DNA of 64,000 nt from Paraphysomonas bandaiensis. Taxonomy: Eukaryota > Protista > Chrysophyceae. Both the position numbers and the translations under genes were made by a program. This document shows, one piece after another, positions 53,683-64,000 of the stretch (the stretch's first letter is position 1; the number at the start of each line of letters is the position of its first letter). The notes below the pieces were generated by a model, which was not told the DNA's origin, made no database searches, and saw only the letters and a program-made list of their open reading frames with translations. The stretch spans positions 248,001 to 312,000 of the forward strand of contig CBFFRP010000288.1 in NCBI GenBank assembly GCA_965644295.1. Direction: 5' to 3'.

Positions 53683-54354
53683 GTTAACAGAGGATAGAAC
53701 AATTTGTAGGCAATTAGTTGATGAGAAATATCCAACAATAATAACACCATTATTTCCATTGCCTTCAATTGTATTGCTTTTTCTGTACTACAGTCCCAAC
53801 CCAAAGAATATGTTAATTTGCACGCAGAAACATCACCATTACTAGGTGTCTACTAGGTGTCAATCGCTTGCAAGAATTAGTAACTACAATCTTCGATATC
53901 ATTGCTTTCTCAAAATCTGCATGTTTGAACAATGCCTGCGTCTGCACCAAGTGAAATTTCATTCCAAGGTATTGACGTTTAAAATTAACAAAATTACTCG
54001 GGCTTCATCCAGATCAAGCTGTTAATCTCCATCTGATTGCGACGTTAAACCTTTCTAAACGAAAAAATCAAGTCATGACCCATTTCTCCTGGGGATAATT
54101 GCAAGATATCAACGCAATTCTATAATTTTTACGGTATTCTAACAGCTACTTAAGTAAAAGAAGAATAGTATCAATTATCATTAACTACAACCTGTGTCAA
54201 CGAGGCTTGCATAACAATTATATGGTCACAAGTATCCAATTAATTATGAACCAACAAGCATCCAATTAATATTCAATTAACGCCTTTTATACTATTGCTG
54301 GATTTTAGTATAACTTCCTACTCTCATCCCAAGATGCCGCTGTGGCCTCAACGA

Positions 54355-54455
54355 AGTCGGACTCGCACTTTTCGTGGTGTTATGGGTTCTGGGGGATAAG
54401 AAGTACCCGAGAAATTTCTCCGGGAACTAACGTCTGCCGCATATAAAGTATATAG
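54355..54455. repeat. Dispersed repeat family 1, partial copy
   Basis: GGACTCGCACTTTTCGTGGTGTT..CTGGGGGATAAGAAGTACC..CTCCGGGAACTAACGTC aligns to 25230-25310. Confidence 0.75.
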
Positions 54456-54882
54456 TCAACAAAAGGCTCAGCTAGAAAGGCTCTCCGTGTCGTAATAATT
54501 ATGATTTATAAAATGATGAAGTGACTGCACATACACACAAGCTCTATGATAACAGATATTGGCGTGATCAGTAAGAAGATATGTATAGTGTATAGGTCAA
54601 TTACATATTTACAACTATTGTATGTGTGGCAATTGGGGCGAACGTGGCTTGGTAAAAAGAAACATAGTGGTATTCCCTCTAACTACTGTAATCAATATTT
54701 AACACTAATCTACTTAGTCATATATGTGTATATGTGGATACTAGAAACAGTAGTCAGAGGCTGCAGTCAGTATTTATTATTCAAGTGTTGAATCGTAAAA
54801 TATAAGTCCCTACGTCTAACACATACCACCATTTCTTATGCTGCAACTTGCATACTCAAGAATGATGCTTTGTTTCATAAGC

Positions 54883-57006
54883 TTAATCGACCTCCTCCAT
54901 GGTGGACTCTCCAAGGTCTGCGTCGGCACCCTCCAACTCAGGCATGTCCTCCATGGCATCATCACCATCCTCATCGTCGTCGATAGAAAGGCCTAGCTTG
55001 ATCAATCTGTGGATACGGTTGGCGAAGGTGGTAGGCTCGTCGAGAGAAAATCCAGAAGTCAACAGAGAAGTGTCGTAAAGCATCCAGATAACATCCTTGA
55101 CAGTCTTGTCGGACTGGTCGGCAGAAACCTTGTCACGTAAAGATACAATGATGGGATTGGACGGGTTGACTTCCATCGTCTTCTTGGACATCATGTAGGA
55201 AGAGGTAGAAGAGTCACGAAGAGCCTGGGCCTTCATAATGCGCTCCATATTAGCAGACCATCCGAACTCGCCAGTGACAAGAACGCAAGGAGCCTGCTCC
55301 AAACGGTTGGACACAACAACCTTCTCGACCTTGTCATCAAGGACCTCCTTAATGAGCTTGCAGAGTCCCTCAGTAGCGGCCTTCTTCTCCTCGAAAGCCT
55401 TCTTCTCCTCCTCAGTCTCGTTGAGCTTCAGGCCCTCCTTGGTAGCACAGACAAGCTTCTTGCCCTCGTACTCCTTCAACTGCTGAACAGCGTACTCATC
55501 AATGGGGTCAACCATGAAAAGAACTTCGAGTCCCTTGCGCTTAAGGCGCTCAATGAAAGGAGAGCTCTCCAAAGCCTTCTTAGACTCACCAGTGACGTAG
55601 TAGATGGATTCCTGGTCCTCTGGCATGCGTGCGAGGTAGTCGTCAAGAGAAGTCTGGGATTCACCAGACTTGGTGGAGTGGTATCGGAGAAGCTTGGCAA
55701 TCTTGGCACGGTTAGTGGAATCCTCGTGAATACCGAGCTTAAGATTCTTGCCAAATTGCTCGTAGAACTTGGCATACTTCTCAGAGTCCTCGGCGATCTC
55801 GTTGAACATATCAATGGACTTCTTCACCAAGTTCTTCTTGATAACGCGAAGAATCTTGTTCTGCTGAAGAGACTCACGAGAGATGTTGAGGGGGAGATCC
55901 TCGGAGTCTACAACACCCTTAACGAACTGGAGCCACTCTGGCATAAGATCCTCGCAGTTATCCATGATGAACACACGGCGGACATACAACTTAATGTTGT
56001 TGAACTTCTTCTTGGAGCCACCCTCGAACATATCGAAGGGAGCACGCTTGGGAATGAAGAGGATAGCACGGAACTCGAGCTGTCCCTCAACGGAGAAGTG
56101 CTTGACAGCAAGATGCTCCTCCCAGTCGTTGGAGATAGACTTGTAGAAAGAAGCGTACTCCTCGTTGGTAACATCCTCAGTCTTGCGCATCCAGATGGGC
56201 TTCTGTTCGTTGAGGTGATCCCATGACTTGGAGACCTGCTTGACCTTCTTGGTCTTCTTCTTCTTCTCGCCATCTTCCTCGTCGACGTCCTCAACCTTGG
56301 GCTTGTCCTCGTCATCACCCTCCTTGTCCTCCTCCTCATCCTCGTCATCAGTGACTTCCTTCTCTTCCTCCTTCTCGGAGTAGAGACGGATGGGGAAACC
56401 AATGAACTCGGAGTGCTTCTTGACAAGATCCTTGAGGCGGCGCTCCTCGAGGTACTCCTGCATGTCCTCCTTCAAGTGAAGAACAATACGAGTACCACGT
56501 CCAAGTGGCTCGGAAGTATCAGGGGTAACAGTGAAGGAGCCACCAGCAGCAGACTCCCAAACATGCTGCTCATCATCGTTATTCTTGGAGTGAACAACAA
56601 CCTTGTCGGCCACAAGGTAGGCAGAGTAAAACCCGACACCGAACTGTCCGATCATGCTAATATCAGCACCAGCGGAAAGGGCCTCCATGAAAGCCTTGGT
56701 ACCAGACTTGGCGATAGTACCGAGGTTGTTAACAAGATCAGCCTTAGTCATACCAATACCAGTGTCCTCAATAGTGAGAGTCTTGTTGGTCTTGTCGGGA
56801 ATAAGTCTAATCTCCATAGAAGGCTCATTCTCAAGAGCAGAGGGGTCGGTAAGACTCATGTAGCGGATCTTGTCCAAAGCATCAGATGAGTTGGAAATAA
56901 GCTCTCTCAAAAAGATCTCCTTGTTGGAGTAGAAGGTGTTGATAATCAGAGAGAGAAGCTGATTGATATCAGCAGAGAAAGCAAAAGTTTCAGCTTGTTC
57001 AGCCAT
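54883..57006 (-). CDS. HSP90: Cytosolic heat shock protein 90, intronless
   Basis: [52 protein letters not shown]-terminal MEEVD. The true ATG is at 57006; the ORF track starts at an upstream GTG. Confidence 0.99.
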   Translation of the reverse strand: MAEQAETFAFSADINQLLSLIINTFYSNKEIFLRELISNSSDALDKIRYMSLTDPSALENEPSMEIRLIPDKTNKTLTIEDTGIGMTKADLVNNLGTIAKSGTKAFMEALSAGADISMIGQFGVGFYSAYLVADKVVVHSKNNDDEQHVWESAAGGSFTVTPDTSEPLGRGTRIVLHLKEDMQEYLEERRLKDLVKKHSEFIGFPIRLYSEKEEEKEVTDDEDEEEDKEGDDEDKPKVEDVDEEDGEKKKKTKKVKQVSKSWDHLNEQKPIWMRKTEDVTNEEYASFYKSISNDWEEHLAVKHFSVEGQLEFRAILFIPKRAPFDMFEGGSKKKFNNIKLYVRRVFIMDNCEDLMPEWLQFVKGVVDSEDLPLNISRESLQQNKILRVIKKNLVKKSIDMFNEIAEDSEKYAKFYEQFGKNLKLGIHEDSTNRAKIAKLLRYHSTKSGESQTSLDDYLARMPEDQESIYYVTGESKKALESSPFIERLKRKGLEVLFMVDPIDEYAVQQLKEYEGKKLVCATKEGLKLNETEEEKKAFEEKKAATEGLCKLIKEVLDDKVEKVVVSNRLEQAPCVLVTGEFGWSANMERIMKAQALRDSSTSSYMMSKKTMEVNPSNPIIVSLRDKVSADQSDKTVKDVIWMLYDTSLLTSGFSLDEPTTFANRIHRLIKLGLSIDDDEDGDDAMEDMPELEGADADLGESTMEEVD

Positions 57007-57107
57007 GGTAGTAGATGGTTTGTACACTTGCTACGACTTGCAAATTATGCTGTCAGTGTTACACTGCATTTGAGCCCCTTGTTTGGATGTGTGCGGTCAT
57101 GAGTGGT

Positions 57108-57136
57108 CGAAGTTTCTAGACTTCATTTTCTCGAAA
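57108..57136. promoter_or_regulatory. Heat-shock element (alternating nGAAn/nTTCn) upstream of HSP90
   Basis: cGAAgtTTCtaGActTCattTTCtcGAAat lies about 100-130 bp upstream of the HSP90 ATG. Confidence 0.65.
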
Positions 57137-57510
57137 TATCTTGGGTAGTTCCGTACGATTTTCAGTTTGTAGCTTTACCAGTGGTGGGGAATGGTTTAAG
57201 GTTGTCCGCAATTGGAGGGTGGGTGAGTTTTTGAACCCCAACTCCATAATATCCAGAAATATTTCAAAATCTATGATTTATGGCCCCTCTTGTGACGTCA
57301 TAGACCATAAATCTCTTATTTTAGTATTTTCGTAACTTAATTCTGTGGTTATTGTGGATATAAACCCCATGAGATACCATATCATTTGATTTTAGGGTAA
57401 ACATTGTTTGGTGTCTGCATACATCGCTGTAAATAGGGTTTGCTTCGGTTGTCTCAGAGATACTATCAGGGTGTGGTAATATATATTATATATTGACATT
57501 AGCTTTCAGC

Positions 57511-58503
57511 ATGTCATCGGAATCGCTAGATCATGTTTTTAAGATATTATTAATTGGAGATGCGGGTGTTGGGAAGTCTAGGTGACACTGTGTAACTTAT
57601 ATATCTTTGTCATTAATAATGTTTTGTATTTTAGTATCTTGTTGCAGTTCACTGATGGCTATTTCAATGATAATTTGCAGAGTACAATAGGTATATTTGT
57701 TATCCTATCTAGCTAGAGGCATTTAATTAATGTGTCGATTAATCATAGGTGTTGATTTCAAAGTCAAAGTGATGGATGTGGCTGGGCCAGATGGTCGTCC
57801 TAAACGTGTCAAGGTTACAATTTGGGATACAGGTATGCAAACTGGAGTTTACGTTTTTATGCTTACAAACTGTGCTGCGATATGTTTAGCTGGACAGGAA
57901 AGATTTAGAACTTTGACCAGCTCATATTATCGTGGGGCCCAGGGAATCATACTAGGTTTGTGTTACAATTTGAGCGAGCTTACATAGTAATGAATATGTT
58001 TTTCGATAGTATATGATGTAACTCGTAAAGAAACCTTCGATAGCCTGAGCATGTGGCTGCAAGAGGTTGAGCAATTCAGTATGGGAGGTGGAAAGGAGGT
58101 CGTCAAACTGCTCGTCGGAAACAAGGTAAATTCTACATTCCCGAGTAACCTCCATGCTGAGCGTTTATTTCGTAGGTTGACCAACAGCGAGTGGTATCTC
58201 GTGATGATGCGGATGAGTGGGCTCGTTCTAGAGGAATGCTCTTCATGGAGGCCAGCGCTAAGACCAAGGAGGGTATCTCACAAGTCTTTAACGAAGTGGT
58301 CCAAAAGGTATTGTCACTGTCCTGTTACTGCATTATAGCTTGTACTATGCTACCATATATCAAAATTTGTGTTGTTCACTCTAATATTTTTCTAGATTCT
58401 CGAGAACCCGACGCTATTGTCCAACACAAGACCTGCAAAGCCTGGGCGCACTCAACTGGATGGTAAATCTTCTGGTGGAAGTGCCGGGGGCGGATGCTGT
58501 TAG
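57511..58503 (+). CDS. RAB18: Rab18 small GTPase, about 8 exons
   Basis: [57 protein letters not shown] (Rab18 signature [13 protein letters not shown]), [18 protein letters not shown]-terminal GGCC prenylation site. Confidence 0.93.
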
Positions 58504-60484
58504 AAAGAGCCAGCACGTTGCGAATATATGGAAAACATTCACTTTATACTGTTGCAATCTAAGCCAATATCAAAGGGAATGTTACTGATATTGCAAGCCG
58601 CTACTTGCAAATTGCTCGACTGAAAATGTAGTAGAATTCTATGGAACTATTTACATTAGTTAGCCAGTTGCTTTGTCACAATAATGTCTTGACTTCTAAT
58701 AATGAGTTCGAATCTCTTAAAGATTTTATCTATTAGAGACAGGTACAGCTCTTTAAGATCATTACGCAATCTAGTAATATAGATATCAGTGTATTGAGAC
58801 ATCACATCATACTACTGTTTTGCACCCCCTAGCTACTATATAATACATTGATATATAGGCTCCCAGATCTCTACAAGTAGAATGTTCGGGAAGAAGTCAT
58901 ATGATACATAATTCAATTACTTAAGTAATAAAATTGAACTTAACTGAGGTAAAACCTAAGTTTTGATTGTTGTACTAAGTAGTTCATTGCAACCAACACT
59001 TCTATATGAACCCGACTGCTTTATCAGGCCACAATTATAATGATACTTTGCCACCACTTCAGCTACTCATATCGGTAGTACAGTTCGAGGGCTTGTTGAA
59101 TTGCTCTGACAGAATACAAGACTATTAGAAGCCTTTTGAATAATCTTCATCAAATACAGTAGGCGAGGTTTATGAAGGGGCTCTGTAGATATCATAATCA
59201 AAGACGAATTGGGCAGAGTGGTCCTGTCTCGTTAAGACTAAACTGAATATTGAATTCATATGAATGAATATAACTAAAGTCACTTGGCAAAACAAGCTCA
59301 CACTATTGAGGTACTTAGACATCTTGCTATCACTCAAATATATATATGTTGTACGTACCACAGAGCCCATCAAAATTCAATTTATATAAAATATATTTGA
59401 TCATATAGCAGGTAACCTCATCACCTTATCATAGCAAGTTCCTCTAAATCATTCGGATAGTATGATATTTAACGCATCACATCGTCACAAACTCAATTCT
59501 GTCTGTGGGGACATTCTGAGGTATCAGTACGTTGATATCTGCATCATCTAATCCAATCATGAGTCCAATGTTCCTACTCCCTTTCAACTCAGCGTTGGCT
59601 TTGCATTGTAGTCCTCCTGTATGGAACTTTCGTGGCTAGCATATACATCATTGGGACGCTGGATAGGAGTTCTATTGAACTGTTCCCCTCTGGAGGTTGA
59701 GTTGCGTGCAGAGTGCACCCAACTCTGTACAGGAGACTGAGGAATATTTATATCCCTTCCTGCTCCTATATTATCCTTGCTTCTACATTCCCTGGCTGGA
59801 TAGTGCGTCATTGAGTCAGGACTGTCCTCTCTCGCATCAGCGGTAATTGAATGCATAGCACTATGTGCCCGCATTGGTTGGATAACAGTCTCATCGAATG
59901 CGTCGGGACTATCAAGGTCTCCTCTAGGCTATTCGACTGCTCCACCTATTCAGGGACAGTCGTTGCCAGACTATCGGTTTCCTTCTGTTGTATTCGCTCA
60001 TCAACGTCGAGGTGAATAGGTGGATCAGCCAAGTAGCCCGGAGGAAACCTTGATAACCATCAATCGGCAGTGCCCAATGAAAGTAACCTGATATTACACC
60101 AGTCAACTACGGAATAATCCTATGTGCTAAAGTCTATGATAGATTTAACCGGCTCGGTATATATATATATACCAGGTATATATATGTGTATCTTGAACAT
60201 TGCAACTTACTTAACTTGAACATCATCACAGCAGGATATACTGTATATTGTATGTATACTCATACAATCATATGTGTCTAAACAAATAGATTTCATATAT
60301 TACGTTATACTTGATGTTGATTGGCTATTTTTTAGACTTCTTGAAAATGAAGACATTCTTTATAGCACATTGAACTACAACACGTCAACATGAGAACACT
60401 GCAGAATAGTCAGTGTAATAGTCATAATTAATAGACACTTAATAGAACTCGATCATACTTTATAAGACATAATACAAACTGATA

Positions 60485-61228
60485 ATGAGTGAATTTGAGA
60501 CTGAAAATTCTGTAGAAAGGACACATAATCCTCTGACACCAATAGATCCATTGAAACCAAGTGATATAAAGGGTGTATATCCCGTTAATATTACTCGAAA
60601 AGTATGTCTATTTCTTGGTAAACCAGGATGTGGAAAGAGCTTATTGTATCGATGTTTGACTCTGGAAGGAAGTGGTGATCCGCCTTTAGGATTGCAATTG
60701 AATGCTCCTGAAAACCATCACGTTATTCAACTTGTTGGAGACACAGAGATTAGTGTTTGGGACACCATTGGCTTCACTGGAGTGAGCGCAGGAGAAGATA
60801 AGAATGTATTTGAGAAATTAGTGACTGATATCCGAAAGCATGATACGTTCGTTAGCACATTGTTTATTGTGTTTCATGCGGAAAAGTTTACGCCTCAAGA
60901 TGAAGCAATTGTACAATTTATTAAGAAGAAGCTCGCACCTGAAGTCTACCCGATGATTAAAATTATTATTACTAATTGTAACGAGTGGAATACAGAGGAG
61001 GTACTGAAAAACGTATCTGAGAAATTTTCTTTTCTTGGAGATCTGGAGGACAGAGTGATTCTGGTTGATATGATTGATCCACGTGGTCTTCCAGAAGGGC
61101 CTCTACGAGAGCAATGTTCTGAAAACTGGAATGCCTATAGAGGAGTTCTACAGCATCATATCCGGTTGTCAGAGTGCGCTATTCCAGTCGATGACCTCGT
61201 GCGTCATATGGGATGCAGTATTTTGTAA
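60485..61228 (+). CDS. TRAFAC P-loop GTPase, AIG1/GIMAP-like, with C-terminal CaaX box
   Basis: G1 LFLGKPGCGKS, G3 VWDTIGF, KFTPQDEAIVQFIKKKL, G4-like IIITNCN. Ends in GCSIL*. Intronless. Confidence 0.72.
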   Translation: MSEFETENSVERTHNPLTPIDPLKPSDIKGVYPVNITRKVCLFLGKPGCGKSLLYRCLTLEGSGDPPLGLQLNAPENHHVIQLVGDTEISVWDTIGFTGVSAGEDKNVFEKLVTDIRKHDTFVSTLFIVFHAEKFTPQDEAIVQFIKKKLAPEVYPMIKIIITNCNEWNTEEVLKNVSEKFSFLGDLEDRVILVDMIDPRGLPEGPLREQCSENWNAYRGVLQHHIRLSECAIPVDDLVRHMGCSIL

Positions 61229-61399
61229 TGCCAGCGTATCAATTTTTCCTTCGGCTCCGTATTTGCGGGGATCTTATTTCATATTGCAACAAACCCTTTA
61301 AGATAGCTATATTAATATAATGTAAGAATCGCTTCAGTAATATATATTTGATTACCAATGTGGCATAATTACTTCAATACGGCAGTAGTGATTTGTGAT

Positions 61400-61575
61400 T
61401 TACCACTACGGTCTATAAGGAGGCTATATGGTCCCGCGCTAAACTTTTGAAACGAGGGCGAAAAACACGAGTTCTTTAATTTGGACAAGATTCTTTTGTA
61501 GCTTACACACACGACATTGTAAACCACATATCTAGAATGTATAGCTAATAGCTATATGTAGCTTGCTTGCTGTTA
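61400..61575. repeat. Dispersed repeat family 1, partial copy
   Basis: GCTATATGGTCCCGCGCTAAACTTTTGAAACGAGGGCGAAA and CTAGAAT.TATA..TATATGTAGCTTGCTTG align to 25058-25226. Confidence 0.75.
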
Positions 61576-61816
61576 TTTTTTCTAATTACCCTCAGCGTCA
61601 GGTGGGACATTCGAAGTTTCCATTAAAATTATTGAACTACCACCTTTACGATGTTGGCTGTGGCTCTGAAGATAGGTTACTTACACTTACTACATCATTC
61701 AAATCAGAACAAAGACTACTCAGTACACGTAATGAAAAATAACAAATCATTATTATTGACAGAGAGCACAGTATAAACATTATCAATTATGTACACGACA
61801 TTCAGTAAACGTAAAA

Positions 61817-61884
61817 CTGCGTTCGAAAGTAATATCAGCAAGAGTATTTATACAATACAGTCGCGTCATCCATACTTTCCGCAG
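61817..61884 (-). promoter_or_regulatory. Candidate SECIS element in the SELENOS 3'UTR
   Basis: Minus strand reads CUGCG GAAAGUA UGG AUGAC GCGACUGUAUU GUAUA AAUACUCUUGC UGAU AU UACUUUC GAA CGCAG. This gives a lower stem, an internal loop, an AUGA/UGAU quartet with tandem G.A pairs, and an 11-position upper stem, about 105 nt after the stop codon. Confidence 0.7.
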
Positions 61885-61989
61885 CCCCACCCAAATGAGA
61901 ATAAGTCTATGCAGTGATATGTAAGGTGAAAGCGAAATTCAATTGTTGCAAGTGCAACGCTACCGCTTACAACTCAACACACCACTGCA

Positions 61990-62439
61990 TTACCCTCATC
62001 CGCGTCTCCTGCCTCTGCTACGCATACCACCTCCACTGGGCTTGAATGTACTGATGTGACCACCACCAGCCATTGGGTTATATCCATGGGAAGTAGGCAT
62101 GGAAGGTTTAGGAGAGGGCTTCGCTACAGATTTAGGTTTCTTTGGGACATCAGTGTCCGATGCCGCTTTCTCTTTGGCCGCGGCTTCGGACGCTTTAAGA
62201 ATTTCTAATTGCTGGCGCAGTCTCACCCGTTTTCTCTCCTCATCTAAAATTTTTACACGAAGCGGATTTTGTGCGGCGCGATAAGCTCTCTCTTCTCTCC
62301 ACTTTACCAAATAAGGCTTCAAAAGGTACAGGGCAATGATCGAAAAAACAAGGTACCACCCATAAGCAGCTAGAAATAATCGGATTTCGACGTAGATTTC
62401 ACCCATCAGGGCACTCGAATTTGCAAACATACTGGACAT
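61990..62439 (-). CDS. SELENOS: Selenoprotein S (VIMP), 149 aa, with Sec as the penultimate residue (UGA at 61996-61998)
   Basis: ATG at 62439. TM with the SelS motif YGWYLVF, coiled coil, GYNPMAGGG..FKP, and ending AGG AGA CGC GGA TGA GGG TAA = RRRG-U-G-stop, like the GUG* end of animal SELENOS. A downstream SECIS candidate is present. Confidence 0.88.
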
Positions 62440-62475
62440 CGTCAGAAGTGGGTCTTTCTGGTAACAATAGGTTAA

Positions 62476-63785
62476 TGTTGCTCGGTGATTTAGTACAGCA
62501 AAGCCATCATATATAACAAGCTGCGTGGAATCGAACTGCGGTTTGTCGTCCGCTGATTTTGCAATCATTAATATAGGCAATAGAAAAGTGAACACCACAT
62601 CAATATTGTAATGGCCACGCTAAATACTCCTTGCCAAAATATATATACAAATACAACACAGAGTCAGAAAAACATGAACACTAACGTACCACTATGTAGT
62701 CAGGACTAATGACGTATAGCTAAGGCGTTCAGGACAAAGAAACACCCTCCAGTCACTGTAATACAATAGAGGTGAGTGTTGCTCGGTGATTTAGTACAGC
62801 AAAGTCATCATATATAACAAGCTGCGTGGAATCGAACTGCGGTTTGTCGTCCGCTGATTTTGCAATCATTAATATAGGCAATAGAAAAGTGAACACCACA
62901 TCAATATTGTAATGGCCACGCTAAATACTCCTTGCCAAAATATATATACAAATACAACACAGAGTCAGAAAAACATGAACACTAACGTACCACTATGTAG
63001 TCAGGACTAATGACGTATAGCTAAGGCGTTCAGGACAAAGAAACACCCTCCAGTCACTGTAATACAATAGAGGTGAGTGTTGCTCGGTGATTTAGTACAG
63101 CAAAGTCATCATATATAACAAGCTGCGTGGAATCGAACTGCGGTTTGTCGTCCGCTGATTTTGCAATCATTAATATAGGCAATAGAAAAGTGAACACCAC
63201 ATCAATATTGTAATGGCCACGCTAAATACTCCTTGCCAATATATATATACAATACAATACAGAGTCAGAAAAACATGAACACTAACGTACCACTATGTAG
63301 TCAGGACTAATGACGTATAGCTAAGGCGTTCAGGACAAAGAAACACCCTCCAGTCACTGTAATACAATAGAGGTGAGTGTTGCTCGGTGATTTAGTACAG
63401 CAAAGTCATCATATATAACAAGCTGCGTGGAATCGAACTGCGATTTGTCGTCCGCTGATTTTGCAATCATTAATATAGGCAATAGAAAAGTGAACACCAC
63501 ATCAATATTGTAATGGCCACGCTAAATACTCCTTGCCAAAATATATATACAAATACAACACAGAGTCAGAAAAACATGAACACTAACGTACCACTATGTA
63601 GTCAGGACTAATGACGTATAGCTAAGGCGTTCAGGACAAAGAAACACCCTCCAGTCACTGTAATACAATAGAGGTGAGTGTTGCTCGGTGATTTAGTACA
63701 GCAAAGCCATCATATATAACAAGCTGCGTGGAATCGAACTGCGGTTTGTCGTCCGCTGATTTTGCAATCATTAATATAGGCAATA
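62476..63785. repeat. Tandem array with about 301-bp period and A(BA)4 structure: five 107-bp A units and four ~194-bp B units; candidate tandem-array TRIM
   Basis: A units start at 62476, 62777, 63078, 63378 and 63679 with TGTTGC and end with GCAATA. The copies are nearly identical. Confidence 0.9.
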
Positions 63786-64000
63786 CACGATACACAACAC
63801 AAGCACTGTATAACACTTGCATCATTCTAAAATATGTCTTGCCAATAAAATATATACAGTACAAATACGAAATATGTACCTGAAGAGTTCAGTAGTTCAC
63901 AGTAATCACTGGCTTGTTATATAAAGAAATTATAGAGTGACATGTGGATGAATGAGTCAATTGATGAGCTTAAGACTGATGGAATAACTACACAGACACC

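Noticed and set aside
53840-53861. TACTAGGTGTC direct duplication as a transposon excision footprint
   Set aside because: A single 11-bp duplication with no supporting element ends.
55238-56889. Antisense and alternative-frame ORFs over HSP90
   Set aside because: Expected from strong codon bias; no independent protein features.
62440-62598. N-terminal extension of the 200-aa ORF (MVFTFLLPILMIAK...) and ORF 63655-63864
   Set aside because: Derived from the tandem repeat unit and non-ATG starts. SELENOS similarity begins after the ATG at 62439.
62476-63785. CRISPR array or tRNA cluster interpretation of the tandem array
   Set aside because: The spacers (B units) are near-identical rather than unique, and there are no cas genes. 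The GTTCGATTCC motif has no proper T-stem or cloverleaf.

Overview
Eukaryotic nuclear DNA, AT-rich, with short (about 45-70 nt) GT-AG introns and the standard code. HSP90 sequence, P-[ST]-x-x stalk repeats and giant REJ/EGF multi-TM receptors suggest a stramenopile, probably chrysophyte-like (inference). About 15 protein genes are supported: VKOR, a TM/F-BAR-like/SMP/PH lipid-transfer protein, two giant polycystin-1-like receptors, a Tubby-like protein, a FYVE-only protein, a sulfotransferase, a TMEM134/230-like protein, a conserved hypothetical protein, an ankyrin-RBR E3 ligase, an enoyl-CoA hydratase, HSP90, RAB18, an AIG1-like GTPase with CaaX, and selenoprotein S. The ORF track misses or truncates several of these. 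Non-coding content includes two long (TATG)n arrays, dispersed repeat families, an RT relic with an IFDN motif, and an A(BA)4 array resembling a tandem TRIM directly upstream of the selenoprotein gene. The best leads are the UGA-recoded SELENOS with a compact non-canonical SECIS candidate, the TRIM-like array, the F-BAR+SMP+PH architecture, and the modular PKD1-like receptors with R-x-L motifs. All calls are by eye; no searches were run.
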